From an uncultured Anaerolineales bacterium (lineage in GTDB: Bacteria; Chloroflexota; Anaerolineae; CG2-30-64-16): a DNA stretch of 64,000 nt. Position numbers and translations under genes: made by a program. This document shows, piece after piece, positions 9,301 to 19,164 of this stretch. The stretch covers positions 2,490 to 66,489 of the forward strand of contig CAYYTK010000024.1 in assembly GCA_964474695.1 (NCBI GenBank), given 5' to 3'. The notes under the pieces were generated by a model. It was not told the origin of the DNA. It saw only the letters and a list, made by a program, of their open reading frames with translations, and did no database searches. Positions within the stretch are counted from its first letter, which is position 1; each line of letters opens with the position of its first letter.

Positions 9301-11173
9301 AAGGGAAGTGCAAATACGCACTGCCCCACAGAGTAGGCAAGTGACATTGAGCGGGCCGGCTGTTAATCAATTGCGATCTACGCTTAGCGTTGTCACACCC
9401 ATTTTTGCACAAGCTAACACGCAACTTGACCTGTTCGGACAGGCGCGGCGCGAGGCTCTCAAATATCAGCTCTATCGCGAGTGCTTCCGGGAATTACACG
9501 CTAACGAAGATCAGTATCGCTGGTACAAACTACTCAATACGGCTTTCCGGGAGCCGTCAGCGCGGACTACCTCTGCAACGCGCTGTCAGGGGTTAGTCGT
9601 ACACCTGCTCTTTGAGGAAAACGGCGCAGATGAACGCTTTGTCGACAGTAATGGCGACGTTACGCTGGTGCGCCTACGGACCAACAGTATCCAAGCGTTA
9701 TTGACTCCAGATGGCGACAGTTCCACAAGCATGGGACCATCAAACGCGGTTCCACTCCCGCCGGAGCCACCGCCCCCCAGCTCGGCCCCTGGTTCACCCG
9801 TGCGAGATACCCGACCAACGGCCATTGCACCAATGTATCCGCGAGCAGGCGATGCCTCGCCGCACAGAGAAGGGGTGACGAGCCAATCGTCATTGCTCTC
9901 CGGCACCGCTGACGAGCTCAGCCCAGCCACTTCGTCTGGCGAACCATTGTTACCGCCAGCACCAATGATGACACCGCCAGCGTACGATATCCTTCTGGGT
10001 GACACAGCAGGTTCAAGCCAATATGGGGTGCTTGGACGAGCCGGGACCAAAACGGTTGTGCTCGACCTCAACGGTACAAACACTATCAGCATCTTTGGTG
10101 TCCAGGGAAGTGGCAAGTCATATACGGTGGGAAGTGTCGTCGAGATGGCGACCCAATCTTTTGCAGGAACCAACTTGTTGCCATCGCCGTTAGCCTCGGT
10201 CATTTTTCACTACCACGCGAGCCAGGACTACCCGCCCGAGTTCGTATCCATGATCGCGCCCAACAGCCGTCAAGATGAAGTACGCGTGCTAACTGAGGAA
10301 TATGGCGCGCACCCAGGTCGCCTGGAAGACGTACTGATCCTCACATCGGCAGACAAGGTTCGGGATCGCCAGGCCGAGTTTCCTTCAATCCGTGTTGAGC
10401 CGATCCTCTTCAGTTCGAGTGAACTATCGCTTAAGGACTGGCAGTTCCTGATGGGTGTCTTCGGCGACCAGATGTACATGAAGCAAGTTACCCTGATTAT
10501 GCGGCGCTTACGCCGACAACAACTCACTTTGGCGAACCTTCGCGAGGAAATTGACGCTTCTGGCCTTAGCGACAACCAGAAGGCGCTGGTCAATACTCGC
10601 TTAGATTTCGCTGAACCATTCATTGACGACAGTTACCGACTAGCGGACATATTGCGCCCAGGTCGGCTTGTGATTGTTGACCTTCGCGATGAGCTAATCA
10701 CTAAAGAAGAAGCGCTCGGCCTCTTTGTCGTCATGCTCAACATCTTCGCGAATGCCGAGCGAGACCAGAACTTCAATAAACTGATTGTCTTCGATGAGGC
10801 GCATAAGTACATGAGTGACGTTGAACTGGCAGACTACATCGTCGATGTGGTACGTCAGATGCGCCATCAGGGTGTGTCTGTGTTGATTGCATCACAGGAT
10901 CCGCCGTCACTACCTAATGCAATCATCGAGCTATCGACCTTGGTTGTTCTCCACCGATTCAATTCACCCAAATGGCTCAAGCACGTTCAGCAATCAGTGA
11001 CCGCGCTGGGCGAGCTTCAGCCAGAGCAATTGGCCAGTCTGCGCTCTGGAGAGGCATATGTCTGGGCAGCCAAAGCCACGGACGTGAACTTCACGCGGCA
11101 TGGCGTGAAGATGCGTTTTCGCCCGCGGGTCACCCAGCATGGTGGTGGAACCAAGACGGCAGTTGAGCCATAA
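6314..11173 (+). CDS. DptH/Mad8-like large protein: PD-(D/E)XK motif plus C-terminal HerA/FtsK ATPase
   Basis: 1619 aa; Walker A FGVQGSGKS, Walker B LIVFDEAHKY, MRHQGVSVLIASQDP; ADL..(x13)..EVK motif; Pro-rich linker before the ATPase. Confidence 0.75.
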   Translation: MELNVNDILTHLLCVNLPDAKLGVVVRGIQQIDPVQIAEAVAETLNRKLVVAIIGYDASPSTVEGGVSEDDKNRTAIEIATSIETAVDWRNHAGDYAGRILIFVPGEVDKLGSLRGLDILTTRDLTLHLIQWVSNSIVRNAPQRRFWQALANIAATLPFRMLLDFTRAVSAQPDNVNAIPTELWRLGLLEDSVLLNAETDVGDRLERNRELIAGIGQLSDKSRKRMNQVLRRAAGDQQRELRAAAQQLREFFATGTPRLLQGLRLDTVEQLIEAGRSEAEPPPIPLPTDEGEVVVAPPLKPERTLRGAELIETVARRIVGGSDREAVAAYVDRVRSQMADTEDDNGDPIDDEVLRPLTAGRPLATNVKPQTRTLRAFLTAFCGAERWGGALQAEQHSLRDVIQRFTPNSKAEPFNPYAASEDDQSMVGLLANIDSQLSDRPGLSVSWKTIAAARADLVQDLDLLVADPIALLYTDDRARDAMGRYLDAYADLLRLLSTHMGELNTRFRKAYRAILQGLLRLDVVFVATPGENPGEADLIWKALLTPLHPLHLWRYRTILEKTGPHLTEDEQHQLTEALPKLPHLLHFVAVSDMRLGRITLPLAGALEGLPIYENRTNRYLGSDGLEFLGDLLRSWLTFAPYSQPHIRLALIDPPYLPDALRAVREFLRGRAQTRVVVDAYRTRPQNVLEHLAEMEFEGQDSAVAELLLSGQIGLNLHVCDNLTEVAKRLTERPVHIVYSFDQSSYDLTKSGRHRHLVVSPLVITYEYTFDEAYKKGSIAPSSDAESGLFADYHTLVNQAIDLQEDQSFQVQIGSGADVGALNRVLHSECAQWLAVADRTLLGYAPLAAVPLVEQLQGRREVAVWAHATSRSVSQFAAMLRERYNLLPDGNYLVHLMQQFGHIAAGGLFSAVRANNLNAQQRDRQRKGLVGTVLAAHWYRSQYPGALIASLDSGLARQWLALQAPSRERADLIGLRQDEQGNLIIDIIEVKAVEQAQREVQIRTAPQSRQVTLSGPAVNQLRSTLSVVTPIFAQANTQLDLFGQARREALKYQLYRECFRELHANEDQYRWYKLLNTAFREPSARTTSATRCQGLVVHLLFEENGADERFVDSNGDVTLVRLRTNSIQALLTPDGDSSTSMGPSNAVPLPPEPPPPSSAPGSPVRDTRPTAIAPMYPRAGDASPHREGVTSQSSLLSGTADELSPATSSGEPLLPPAPMMTPPAYDILLGDTAGSSQYGVLGRAGTKTVVLDLNGTNTISIFGVQGSGKSYTVGSVVEMATQSFAGTNLLPSPLASVIFHYHASQDYPPEFVSMIAPNSRQDEVRVLTEEYGAHPGRLEDVLILTSADKVRDRQAEFPSIRVEPILFSSSELSLKDWQFLMGVFGDQMYMKQVTLIMRRLRRQQLTLANLREEIDASGLSDNQKALVNTRLDFAEPFIDDSYRLADILRPGRLVIVDLRDELITKEEALGLFVVMLNIFANAERDQNFNKLIVFDEAHKYMSDVELADYIVDVVRQMRHQGVSVLIASQDPPSLPNAIIELSTLVVLHRFNSPKWLKHVQQSVTALGELQPEQLASLRSGEAYVWAAKATDVNFTRHGVKMRFRPRVTQHGGGTKTAVEP

Positions 11174-11372
11174 CAATAGGTCATGCAGAGTCATGGAGGA
11201 GTCACCTCTCGGCAACCAACCACACTAGACCACGGTTCTCCCGCTTCACAAGACGCCTGTGGCGTGACACCAGGTCATGGCTTAAGGGAGAATCTGACTG
11301 ATCTTCAGACCGTCAACCTAGCTGTGCTTCGTGGGGTGTCGGAGGGATAGCTCACACAATAGAATACCAGCA

Positions 11373-11552
11373 AGAAACCGCACCGTCGAGTCTCGCGCAA
11401 TTGAGCTGCTGAGGATTCTGTTCCCGGACAAGACCCCCCGGAGCAGGACTTCTATCGCTTCTGCGTCAATCAATCTGGCCATGGAGATGCGGCAACGGGT
11501 ACGCGATGAGCTGAGCAAGCTGGATCGGGAGTATGCGCCGGTGTCGATGCGG
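11373..11552 (+). pseudogene. brxL: Fragment resembling the BREX BrxL (Lon-like) region
   Basis: Translation ELLRILFPD...LAMEMRQRVRDELSKLDREY resembles the recalled BrxL segment GLLKL.HPD...YAMEVRRRVKEQLKKL; there is no full ORF around it. Confidence 0.6.
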
Positions 11553-11872
11553 TCGAAGTGCCCGGATCAGTTTCAGAGGGAACATCGAAAGTCGCAGTTT
11601 GTAGAGCCAAGTGCGGTGAATTGAACAGACTGACCGGTGATTCGATTTTGGGGCGTGAAAGAGAGAGCCGAGAGGGAACTCCGATGCCAATCACTCATGA
11701 AGATGAGTAAAGGGGTCTGAAGTCGTATGCACTTCTCACAATCTACTGGAATTCTTGCCTGAAGGCTAATTCCCAAAGGCCAAACAAGGCAAGCACAGAC
11801 GGGAGCGGGCCAAACTTCGACCGATACCAAGGAATGTACGGAGAAACCGGCCCCCAACAGGGGTGAGACAAC

Positions 11873-14800
11873 ATGACCACTCACGTCAACAAACCAATGC
11901 CGTTGTCCATCCTCAACAAGGCGATGAACGAGGATTTCCGCAGCATCGTGGTCAGGCGAGCGCTCGACTGGGCCGATCGGGCCAGCGCTCAGGCACGACG
12001 AGGGTTTTGCGCTGCGTTACGTAAGGATGTCAGGCTATCCGGATTTACTGACTCGTCCCGCGCCCTGAACAGTCCTAAGCGGCCGGCGCTCGCGGCCGAG
12101 ACCATCAAAGCATCCCACTACTCCAACGAACTGATGGGCGCCATCCTTCGCGTGTGGGACGAGTCCCATGCAGAGCTACATCGGGTCGCGCTGGAGTTCT
12201 TGCGAAATTCAGCAGAGCCAGTGCAGGAACCCGTGCTTATTGAAACCGAGTTCCCGGCGGTCTGGTCTACGGATGACATGGAGACAGCTGCTTCCGAGTT
12301 CTTACGGCAGCATGCCTCCTTCGATGAGGATGACGTAGCCCTGATGCTCTGCTATCTCAGTGGACGGGCACCTGTGCCGGTTGAGGTTTTGGAGCACCTG
12401 GCCTCTGCTGCGACATCAATGGACCGGTCCCAACAGCCCGAATCGGGTACGCTTCAGGTTGCCGTGCCGACTCAACTCACCAGCAGATCAGAGGTACCTA
12501 TCGTGTCAGACACTCCCACAATCTTCATGGATGTCCTAGCCCGGCTACAGGCCTTGTCTCCTGACGCTCAAGAATGGGATCGTATGCCGTTGCTGATCGC
12601 TTCCATCGAGGCATTAGGCCAAAGCAAACGGGCAGAACGCGAACAGGGGCGCGATCAACTCCGCCAGGCCCTTATCACCCTCCACCGCGAAGCCGAGGCA
12701 GCTCTGGACTGGTGGGGCTACGATATTGGAGCCTGGTCGGCCGATAGCTGCCCGTGGAACCAGGCTGCTGAGCTGGCCGTGCAAATCGGACAATGGCAGA
12801 CCGACCTGCTGCAACATGCTCATCTCCGGCAGGCACCGACGACCAGCAGGGCGGAGGAGCAGTCCCGACGTAAGGCCGTGGACGAATTGGAAGTCAACAT
12901 TCAGCGCTGCCACGCTGAGCTTGATGCGACGCTTAGCAGCGGCGGCCCTGGTCCTGGCGGGCCTCGAGACGATGAAAAGGCACCTACCAGGATTCCGCCT
13001 GAACCCGCTGAGGAAGTTGCTCCGTCGCCTGCCGGCCTTGTGTCCGGCGTCGCCGATCTTTCGGTCGTTCCGGTACAGGAGACCAAGCAGGCAGAACCTG
13101 TTCCACCGCGGGCGGACGTCGCAGAGGCGCCCCCAGCCGGCCCGATCTCGCCCGAGACATCGGAACCCCAGGTTATTGAATCCCCTTACGACATCGCTGG
13201 TTTCGAGGTGATCGAGCCGGTTGAAGGACCGATCGGGGAACCGCCCCTCAAGGCCCTACAGCCAAGCGTGAAAACAAGCGCACCGGCCTCCATTCAGGAA
13301 GAGCCTGCTTCCACCCCGTTTGCGGCCCCAATGGACGAATCGGATGCGGCATGGCACACCCTGCTGTGGGGCATGGTAGCCGAAGATGATCTGGCGGGCG
13401 CCTATTGGCTGGTGAGGTCCCTTATTGCCATGGGGCGGCCCACACCAATTCCCGAATGGCTCCTGGCGGCTCTGCTCGGTTCCCGCTGGATCACCGCCGA
13501 CACAGCTGGGTTGGCACGTGATTTGCTGCAAATCGCCAATTCACACGTCACGACCGACCACGCACCCACTCTAGAACTACTATCGCTTGCAGCTGCTTTG
13601 CGCCCCGCGCTGACTGCGCCCTATAGTGGCATGGTGGCCTGGCTAAACACCCCTTCCTGTTGCCCGGCGCTTCGTGATTTAGTTGAGGCTATCCATTTAT
13701 TCGCCGGCTTCGGAATCGGCCTCCATCAAGAAGATGTCCTCGGTGTGGCTGGCGAAGAACAACGTGACGAAGCGATTGCTGCGGCCGCCCGTGAGGCTCG
13801 CAATTGGCTTGACGGAGCATCGAGCCGCCGCGAACGCGTGAGCAGTGTCTGGCATGCCCTGGTGGGCTCCAAAGGCGCGCTGAGGGAGTTCCTGTTGCCA
13901 GTGAGCGAAAACCGGCAGGAGAAGGTCGATGCTGTCCGCTCGGAACTCAGGATGTGGCAGGATCGGCCCGCTGTCTACAAGCGTTTCGATGAAATGAACG
14001 TCGCGGCTAGCATCGGAAGACCCGAACGCGTCATTGGTAGCGGCAAACAAGACCTCTATCGCGAGGTGGAGAGAGCGACCGAGCTGGCCGCGCGCTGGTG
14101 CGATCTCGTGGAGCGTGCACGCGCTATTGCAGCGCGCGGGGATTGGTTCGGCGAACAGATTGCAGAACTCCGGGAGGGTATCGAGACGGACCTGCCAGGC
14201 ATTGAGGCGGCCCTGGATCAGTTGATCGCCTCCCAACCCGTAGACGTCGCCTCCTCGGGGCGAGCCTTGCGAATCAGCCTCCGACAGCTCCGTGAGTTGC
14301 TCAACCTTGTGATAGCAGATGAGCAACCGCCGGTTGCCGCCTCTGCGCTAGAAACCCCGATTGCCGCGCTCGATTCTCTTGATGCGATGCTGGCTAACCG
14401 TCTCCTGTATCTGCCCGAAGTTGCGCTCAACAACGCAGGTGCGCCCACCCAGGAAGGCATGCTCAAAATCGCCTCTGTCCTCCAGACAACTCGTCATGAG
14501 GATCGGACCATCTACTCAGCGGCTCAACAGTGGCTGATTCAACAGGACTACCGTTTCTTCGATCGCGTGTTCGCTGCCACAACTGATGAGAATCTGGCTG
14601 CAGATCTGCGTCAGCGATATGATGAGGCCTTGACCGCCTCCAGGGCGGCCTTGCGCGCCTCCATTGACGAGACAGGAAGCCTGCTTGAACAGGCGTTGCT
14701 GGATCAGGTGATCAACGATGAGGAGCGGGCCAACTATGGCTCACGCTTTGCCTCACTGGCTCTGGAAGAAGTCAGGAATTTCAAGGCCAAGCTGGCTGAT

Positions 14801-17800
14801 CTGGAGCAGGTGCGACTGGAAATCCACCAGAGATACGAGCAACGTCTGGCATATTTGCAGGAGCAGTATGAGCTGATCGCCGATCGCTTCAGCGCGTCCC
14901 ATATCCCCGCTGAGCGGCAAAAGGAAGCGTTGGCCCTTGTGGCCTCGGCTTTGGAGCGACGGGATGTGAGAGTGGTAGATGAGTCCCTCGCGCGGCTTCG
15001 GGAAGTACTGGATACAGGCGCCACCTTGCCGGATGACTGGTACGCGCCAGCCGCAAGCAGGGATTACCTGGAAGAATTCAGATCCGCTTCCCAAAGGATC
15101 GAACTGTGGCTCGAACAAACCCGTGGCGACTTGCGCGCCCTGGCCGACGCTGCTCAGAATGGTACCACAGCTGCAGGCATTCAGTTTGGCAGGCTCGGAG
15201 AACCAAGACGAAAGGAGGCTTCAGAGGCTTTCCTCTCGTGGCGTGCGCTCAAGCAATCTTCGGGCAAGGGCAATAACGCGGCCTGGATTGCTACCATCCT
15301 GCGCTATCTGGGCTTTGACCTCAAGACCGGAGCCGGCGCTTCTGTCGCCGTTGAACCGATCGGCACCGACTGGCTTCACGCCCGAGTTCAGATGGCAGCT
15401 GGCGATCTTGCGCGGCCAATACCTGAGTTTGGCTCACAGGCTCAAGGCCACTATGACGTGATCTGTCTCTGGGAGCGCCCCGGCGCTGACACCATTGCAG
15501 CGCGTCTTCGCGACCTGAATCTCGATATCCACACGGTCATCGTGCTCTACCTGGGACGGATTACGGATCGTCAGAAACGCGATGTCATCCGCGTCAGCCG
15601 CGACAGGGAACTGGCCATCGCCGTTCTCGATGAGACTCTTCTGGTCTTCCTCGGGCAAGAACACGATGTGCGATTGCCGGCATTCCTTCGCTGCACACTT
15701 CCTTTCTCTGCCCTGAACCCTTACCGGCCTTTCCAGGCCGGTGATGTGCCACGTGAGATGTTCTTCGGCCGCGAAGACATGGCTCGGGAGATCCTGAGGC
15801 AGGGCGGAAGTTGTCTGGTCTACGGCGGTCGACAACTCGGCAAGTCCGCGTTGTTGCGCCACGTCGAACGGCAATTCCATCGTCCAGAACGAGATCAATA
15901 TGCGTGGATCGAGAACATGAAGCTGGTTTTCGATCCCCCCGCAGGAAAGAGCTTCAGCAATATATGGCGTAGTCTGCGCGAAGGGTTCAAAGCTCATGGG
16001 CTTCTTGATTCGCGCGTCAGTACTGACCGGTCGGAAGAGATCGCACGATATATCCGAGAGTCTATGCGCTCCAATCCTGGACGTCGCGTTATCGTCATGC
16101 TGGACGAAGCAGATTCATTTCTGGATGCCGACGCTCGGGAAGGTTTCCGCACTGTCGTCGCCCTTCGCGAGTTGATGTTAGGCACAGGACAGCGGTTTAA
16201 GATTGTCTTCGCCGGTCTGCAGAACGTCCAGCGCTTCCAGGGTATCCCGGATCAACCCCTCGCCCACTTCGGCACGCCCATCTGTGTGGGGCCGCTGGAA
16301 GCAGGGGAGGCCCAGCAGCTTGTCCGGCAGCCGCTGGAGGTGTTGGGATATCGCTTCGCCAACGATAGCGCGGTGCTCAGAATCCTATCCTACACAAACT
16401 ATCACCCAGGCTTGATTCAGTACTTCTGCCAGGAGCTGCTCAAACACCTGCGGGACCATGCCAGCGCGATGCTGCCGCCCCAGGTGGTGCTGCAAGAAGA
16501 CATCGAGGCTGTCTATCGCTCATCGCAGGTGCGAGAACGCATTCGTGAGCGTTTCGAATGGACACTGGCTCTTGATATGCATTACCAGGCGATCGCATGG
16601 GCGCTAATCGAAGATCAGGGCAAGGATCGGGATGGCTACGGTCGCGCCTATTCTCCCGGTAACATCTCGCATCTCGTGAGGGAATGGTGGCCAGCGGGCT
16701 TCCAGGATATAAGCACTGACCAACTGCGAGGATGGCTGGACGAGCTATGCGGCCTGGGCGTGCTGGTACGCAACGTGAACAATGGCCAGTACCGGCTGCG
16801 GAGTCCCAACATGGTGCGGCTCCTCGGCAAAGAGACAGACATAGAGGAACGGCTTCTCGAGCTGAACACGAAGCCGCCGGTCGTGGCCATGGAGGCCGAT
16901 AGCCATCACGCGCCGCTTGATGATCGAGCCAGTCGATATGGCCCATTGACCTACGCACAAGAACGTAGTCTGTCGCAGCCGCGATTTGGTGTTGGCCTGA
17001 TCTTTGCTTCCGAAGCTCTGGGTTGGAAGCTGCTGCCTGCGGCAATTCGCCGCTTCCTTCCTGCGGATCTGCCGGCCGGGTTTGGTGATTGCACACACAT
17101 TCCAACCACGCTGGCAGCTGAAGACCTCGATGACTGGTTGAAGGAGTATCTCAAATCGCACGCGAAAACGGAACGGATGATCCTGTACCGTGAAGTCCGA
17201 TGTGCTGATTCGCCAGCTATGGCGGGGCTGGTTGACAAGGCCCTGCGCTTCTGTCAGCGTCACCAGGCCAAGGATCGCTGGATGCGCCTCTTGTTCTTGT
17301 TTGACCCTCAGTCCACCTGGCAATGGGTGGGCCTACCGGAACCAGAGCGGCTTGGTCTTGAGGAGGCAGCTGATGCTGCACTTTGGCCTTGGCCGTGGAC
17401 CGCTTCGGCGGTAAGGCGCCGGCTTGCTCAACACGAGAAGTGGGACAACAACGACGAAGGGACCAAGGCTGCCTTGCAGGCGACAGGGGGATGGCCACAT
17501 CTTCTGGATGTCTTGTTTGAACGATGCGGCAAGGAAAGCGATCTCAGGCCAAGTGCCGGGCAGTTCGCGCAAGAGCTGGTCGATCCGATCTCTCAACTGG
17601 CGAGCGACTTCCGATCAGGTTTAGGAGTCGACAAGAACAAGCTAGGCCACCGAATACTGAAGTTCGTCATCGAGGACGGACATGGGCAACTCGCTGAAGA
17701 AGACCTCACTCCCGTTCTGATCGGCGGTGCCCCAGAACTGACAGAGGTACAGTGCCATCAGGCTAAGGATTTCCTGCTCCGGCTTGGCTTGCTGCGACTT

Positions 17801-17857
17801 GAGAGCCAAACGCTAATCGCAGATTCGATCATCATGCGATTGATGGTTCAAGAATGA
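11873..17857 (+). CDS. Very large STAND/AAA-like ATPase (N-terminal helical and coiled-coil regions, restriction-enzyme-like fold, P-loop, wHTH)
   Basis: 1994 aa; NPY..GDVPREMFFGRE, Walker A YGGRQLGKS, Walker B IVMLDEAD, wHTH-like WLDELCGLGVL, and a possible degenerate second NTPase at the C-terminus. Confidence 0.75.
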   Translation: MTTHVNKPMPLSILNKAMNEDFRSIVVRRALDWADRASAQARRGFCAALRKDVRLSGFTDSSRALNSPKRPALAAETIKASHYSNELMGAILRVWDESHAELHRVALEFLRNSAEPVQEPVLIETEFPAVWSTDDMETAASEFLRQHASFDEDDVALMLCYLSGRAPVPVEVLEHLASAATSMDRSQQPESGTLQVAVPTQLTSRSEVPIVSDTPTIFMDVLARLQALSPDAQEWDRMPLLIASIEALGQSKRAEREQGRDQLRQALITLHREAEAALDWWGYDIGAWSADSCPWNQAAELAVQIGQWQTDLLQHAHLRQAPTTSRAEEQSRRKAVDELEVNIQRCHAELDATLSSGGPGPGGPRDDEKAPTRIPPEPAEEVAPSPAGLVSGVADLSVVPVQETKQAEPVPPRADVAEAPPAGPISPETSEPQVIESPYDIAGFEVIEPVEGPIGEPPLKALQPSVKTSAPASIQEEPASTPFAAPMDESDAAWHTLLWGMVAEDDLAGAYWLVRSLIAMGRPTPIPEWLLAALLGSRWITADTAGLARDLLQIANSHVTTDHAPTLELLSLAAALRPALTAPYSGMVAWLNTPSCCPALRDLVEAIHLFAGFGIGLHQEDVLGVAGEEQRDEAIAAAAREARNWLDGASSRRERVSSVWHALVGSKGALREFLLPVSENRQEKVDAVRSELRMWQDRPAVYKRFDEMNVAASIGRPERVIGSGKQDLYREVERATELAARWCDLVERARAIAARGDWFGEQIAELREGIETDLPGIEAALDQLIASQPVDVASSGRALRISLRQLRELLNLVIADEQPPVAASALETPIAALDSLDAMLANRLLYLPEVALNNAGAPTQEGMLKIASVLQTTRHEDRTIYSAAQQWLIQQDYRFFDRVFAATTDENLAADLRQRYDEALTASRAALRASIDETGSLLEQALLDQVINDEERANYGSRFASLALEEVRNFKAKLADLEQVRLEIHQRYEQRLAYLQEQYELIADRFSASHIPAERQKEALALVASALERRDVRVVDESLARLREVLDTGATLPDDWYAPAASRDYLEEFRSASQRIELWLEQTRGDLRALADAAQNGTTAAGIQFGRLGEPRRKEASEAFLSWRALKQSSGKGNNAAWIATILRYLGFDLKTGAGASVAVEPIGTDWLHARVQMAAGDLARPIPEFGSQAQGHYDVICLWERPGADTIAARLRDLNLDIHTVIVLYLGRITDRQKRDVIRVSRDRELAIAVLDETLLVFLGQEHDVRLPAFLRCTLPFSALNPYRPFQAGDVPREMFFGREDMAREILRQGGSCLVYGGRQLGKSALLRHVERQFHRPERDQYAWIENMKLVFDPPAGKSFSNIWRSLREGFKAHGLLDSRVSTDRSEEIARYIRESMRSNPGRRVIVMLDEADSFLDADAREGFRTVVALRELMLGTGQRFKIVFAGLQNVQRFQGIPDQPLAHFGTPICVGPLEAGEAQQLVRQPLEVLGYRFANDSAVLRILSYTNYHPGLIQYFCQELLKHLRDHASAMLPPQVVLQEDIEAVYRSSQVRERIRERFEWTLALDMHYQAIAWALIEDQGKDRDGYGRAYSPGNISHLVREWWPAGFQDISTDQLRGWLDELCGLGVLVRNVNNGQYRLRSPNMVRLLGKETDIEERLLELNTKPPVVAMEADSHHAPLDDRASRYGPLTYAQERSLSQPRFGVGLIFASEALGWKLLPAAIRRFLPADLPAGFGDCTHIPTTLAAEDLDDWLKEYLKSHAKTERMILYREVRCADSPAMAGLVDKALRFCQRHQAKDRWMRLLFLFDPQSTWQWVGLPEPERLGLEEAADAALWPWPWTASAVRRRLAQHEKWDNNDEGTKAALQATGGWPHLLDVLFERCGKESDLRPSAGQFAQELVDPISQLASDFRSGLGVDKNKLGHRILKFVIEDGHGQLAEEDLTPVLIGGAPELTEVQCHQAKDFLLRLGLLRLESQTLIADSIIMRLMVQE

Positions 17858-19164
17858 GGTCCCGGTTTCTTGATCTGCTGGCGCAGCTTCCCAGTGTGAA
17901 GGCATTCGTTGACAACATCACTGAGGACATCGGCGCCCGGCGAAGTGTTGTGGTCTTGGTGCCGGTCACCGTTAGTCCCGGTTGGGTGTGGTCTTTGCTA
18001 GATGCCGGGCTGTGGCGTCGCCAGTTTCTCGTTGAGTCGCTAGATTCGCTGGCTCTTGGCAGCGGCGGTACGCCTGTCGAGGCACTGGGTGAGGCACTAC
18101 ACGTCAAGTGGCCCGCACAACAATCGAGAGATGTGGCTTCCCTCATGATGAGCGAAGGCCTGCCAGATGTTGTTGTACTCGAGGGTATCGAGACCCTGGA
18201 GCCAGCGCGGCGTGACGCATGGCTGCGTTTCGTGGGGCAATGGGCTCAGATAGGCCAGAATCTGGCAGGGCGATCTTCACCTACGCCGGTTCTCTGCGCT
18301 ATTCTCCAGCCTGCCTGTTTTGCTTTCGATGCCCTCGAGAGCAACGTCTTGCTTGGGATTCACTGGTGGTGGGGGCTCCCCTCTGTTCTCGAACTCAAGC
18401 TCCTGTGTCGGCTCGCAAGTCGGAAAGACATGGGCAACGGCTCGGATGCCAGATGGCTGGAATATCTTCTACCGGCCCTGGCCACCAACGATATCGTTCT
18501 CCTCGAAAGGCTGTGGGACGCCCATCTGGTGCAGATCGATCAATTCATGGCTTGCATACGGGAACTTGGGCATGAGAGAGAGTGGACTGGTGATTGCCTA
18601 AGGCAATGGGGAGCCGCTCAGTTGATGAGCTCCAATCTCGGCCGAAACGGCCCACTTCCACCGGTGCCCCCAGCAAATGTGCGCGTCTTGTGGTCGCGCG
18701 GAGCAGTCCACGCGACCCATGAGTATGGCGTCGAGCTGCATCCTTCCGCCCTCCATATGCTCGGCCGCCAAAGCGAGCTGCAGCATCGCCTCTGGCGAGG
18801 ACAGGCCGAACTACTACAGCCTACGCTGGATAGCATTCGACTGGACTTCTGCAGCTACCTCACGCGGTCATACGGCAGAGAATGGCCTGTAAGATGGTTC
18901 AGACCTGAACATCCGGACGAAGAGGCCGCCGTCCGTGAGAATCCTCTGGCTTGTCAGTGGGGCTACCTTGAGTGGCTGATCAAGAATTGTCCTCAGTTGT
19001 CACGCGAGCGTCGCTGGCTGTCTTTGATCACGCCAGCTGCACGCGCGCGGAATGCCGTCGCCCACTACCGAGTTGTTTCTCGTGGGGATTATGAACACAT
19101 CTTGCTGCAGCATAGGCAATTCGCAGAGGCAACAATGACCCCGACTGGCGCAGCATTCTCGTGA
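17854..19164 (+). CDS. Protein with a degenerate P-loop-like N-terminus and a C-terminal HEPN-like RxxxxH motif
   Basis: 436 aa; ATGA overlap with the upstream ATPase stop; RNAVAH at 19048-19065 within a helical C-terminus. Confidence 0.6.
   Translation: MRSRFLDLLAQLPSVKAFVDNITEDIGARRSVVVLVPVTVSPGWVWSLLDAGLWRRQFLVESLDSLALGSGGTPVEALGEALHVKWPAQQSRDVASLMMSEGLPDVVVLEGIETLEPARRDAWLRFVGQWAQIGQNLAGRSSPTPVLCAILQPACFAFDALESNVLLGIHWWWGLPSVLELKLLCRLASRKDMGNGSDARWLEYLLPALATNDIVLLERLWDAHLVQIDQFMACIRELGHEREWTGDCLRQWGAAQLMSSNLGRNGPLPPVPPANVRVLWSRGAVHATHEYGVELHPSALHMLGRQSELQHRLWRGQAELLQPTLDSIRLDFCSYLTRSYGREWPVRWFRPEHPDEEAAVRENPLACQWGYLEWLIKNCPQLSRERRWLSLITPAARARNAVAHYRVVSRGDYEHILLQHRQFAEATMTPTGAAFS

Noticed and set aside
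1132-11173. Complete Druantia or complete Dnd system
   Set aside because: No DruE helicase (DEAD/DUF1998) and no dndABCDE or sspBCD genes in the window.
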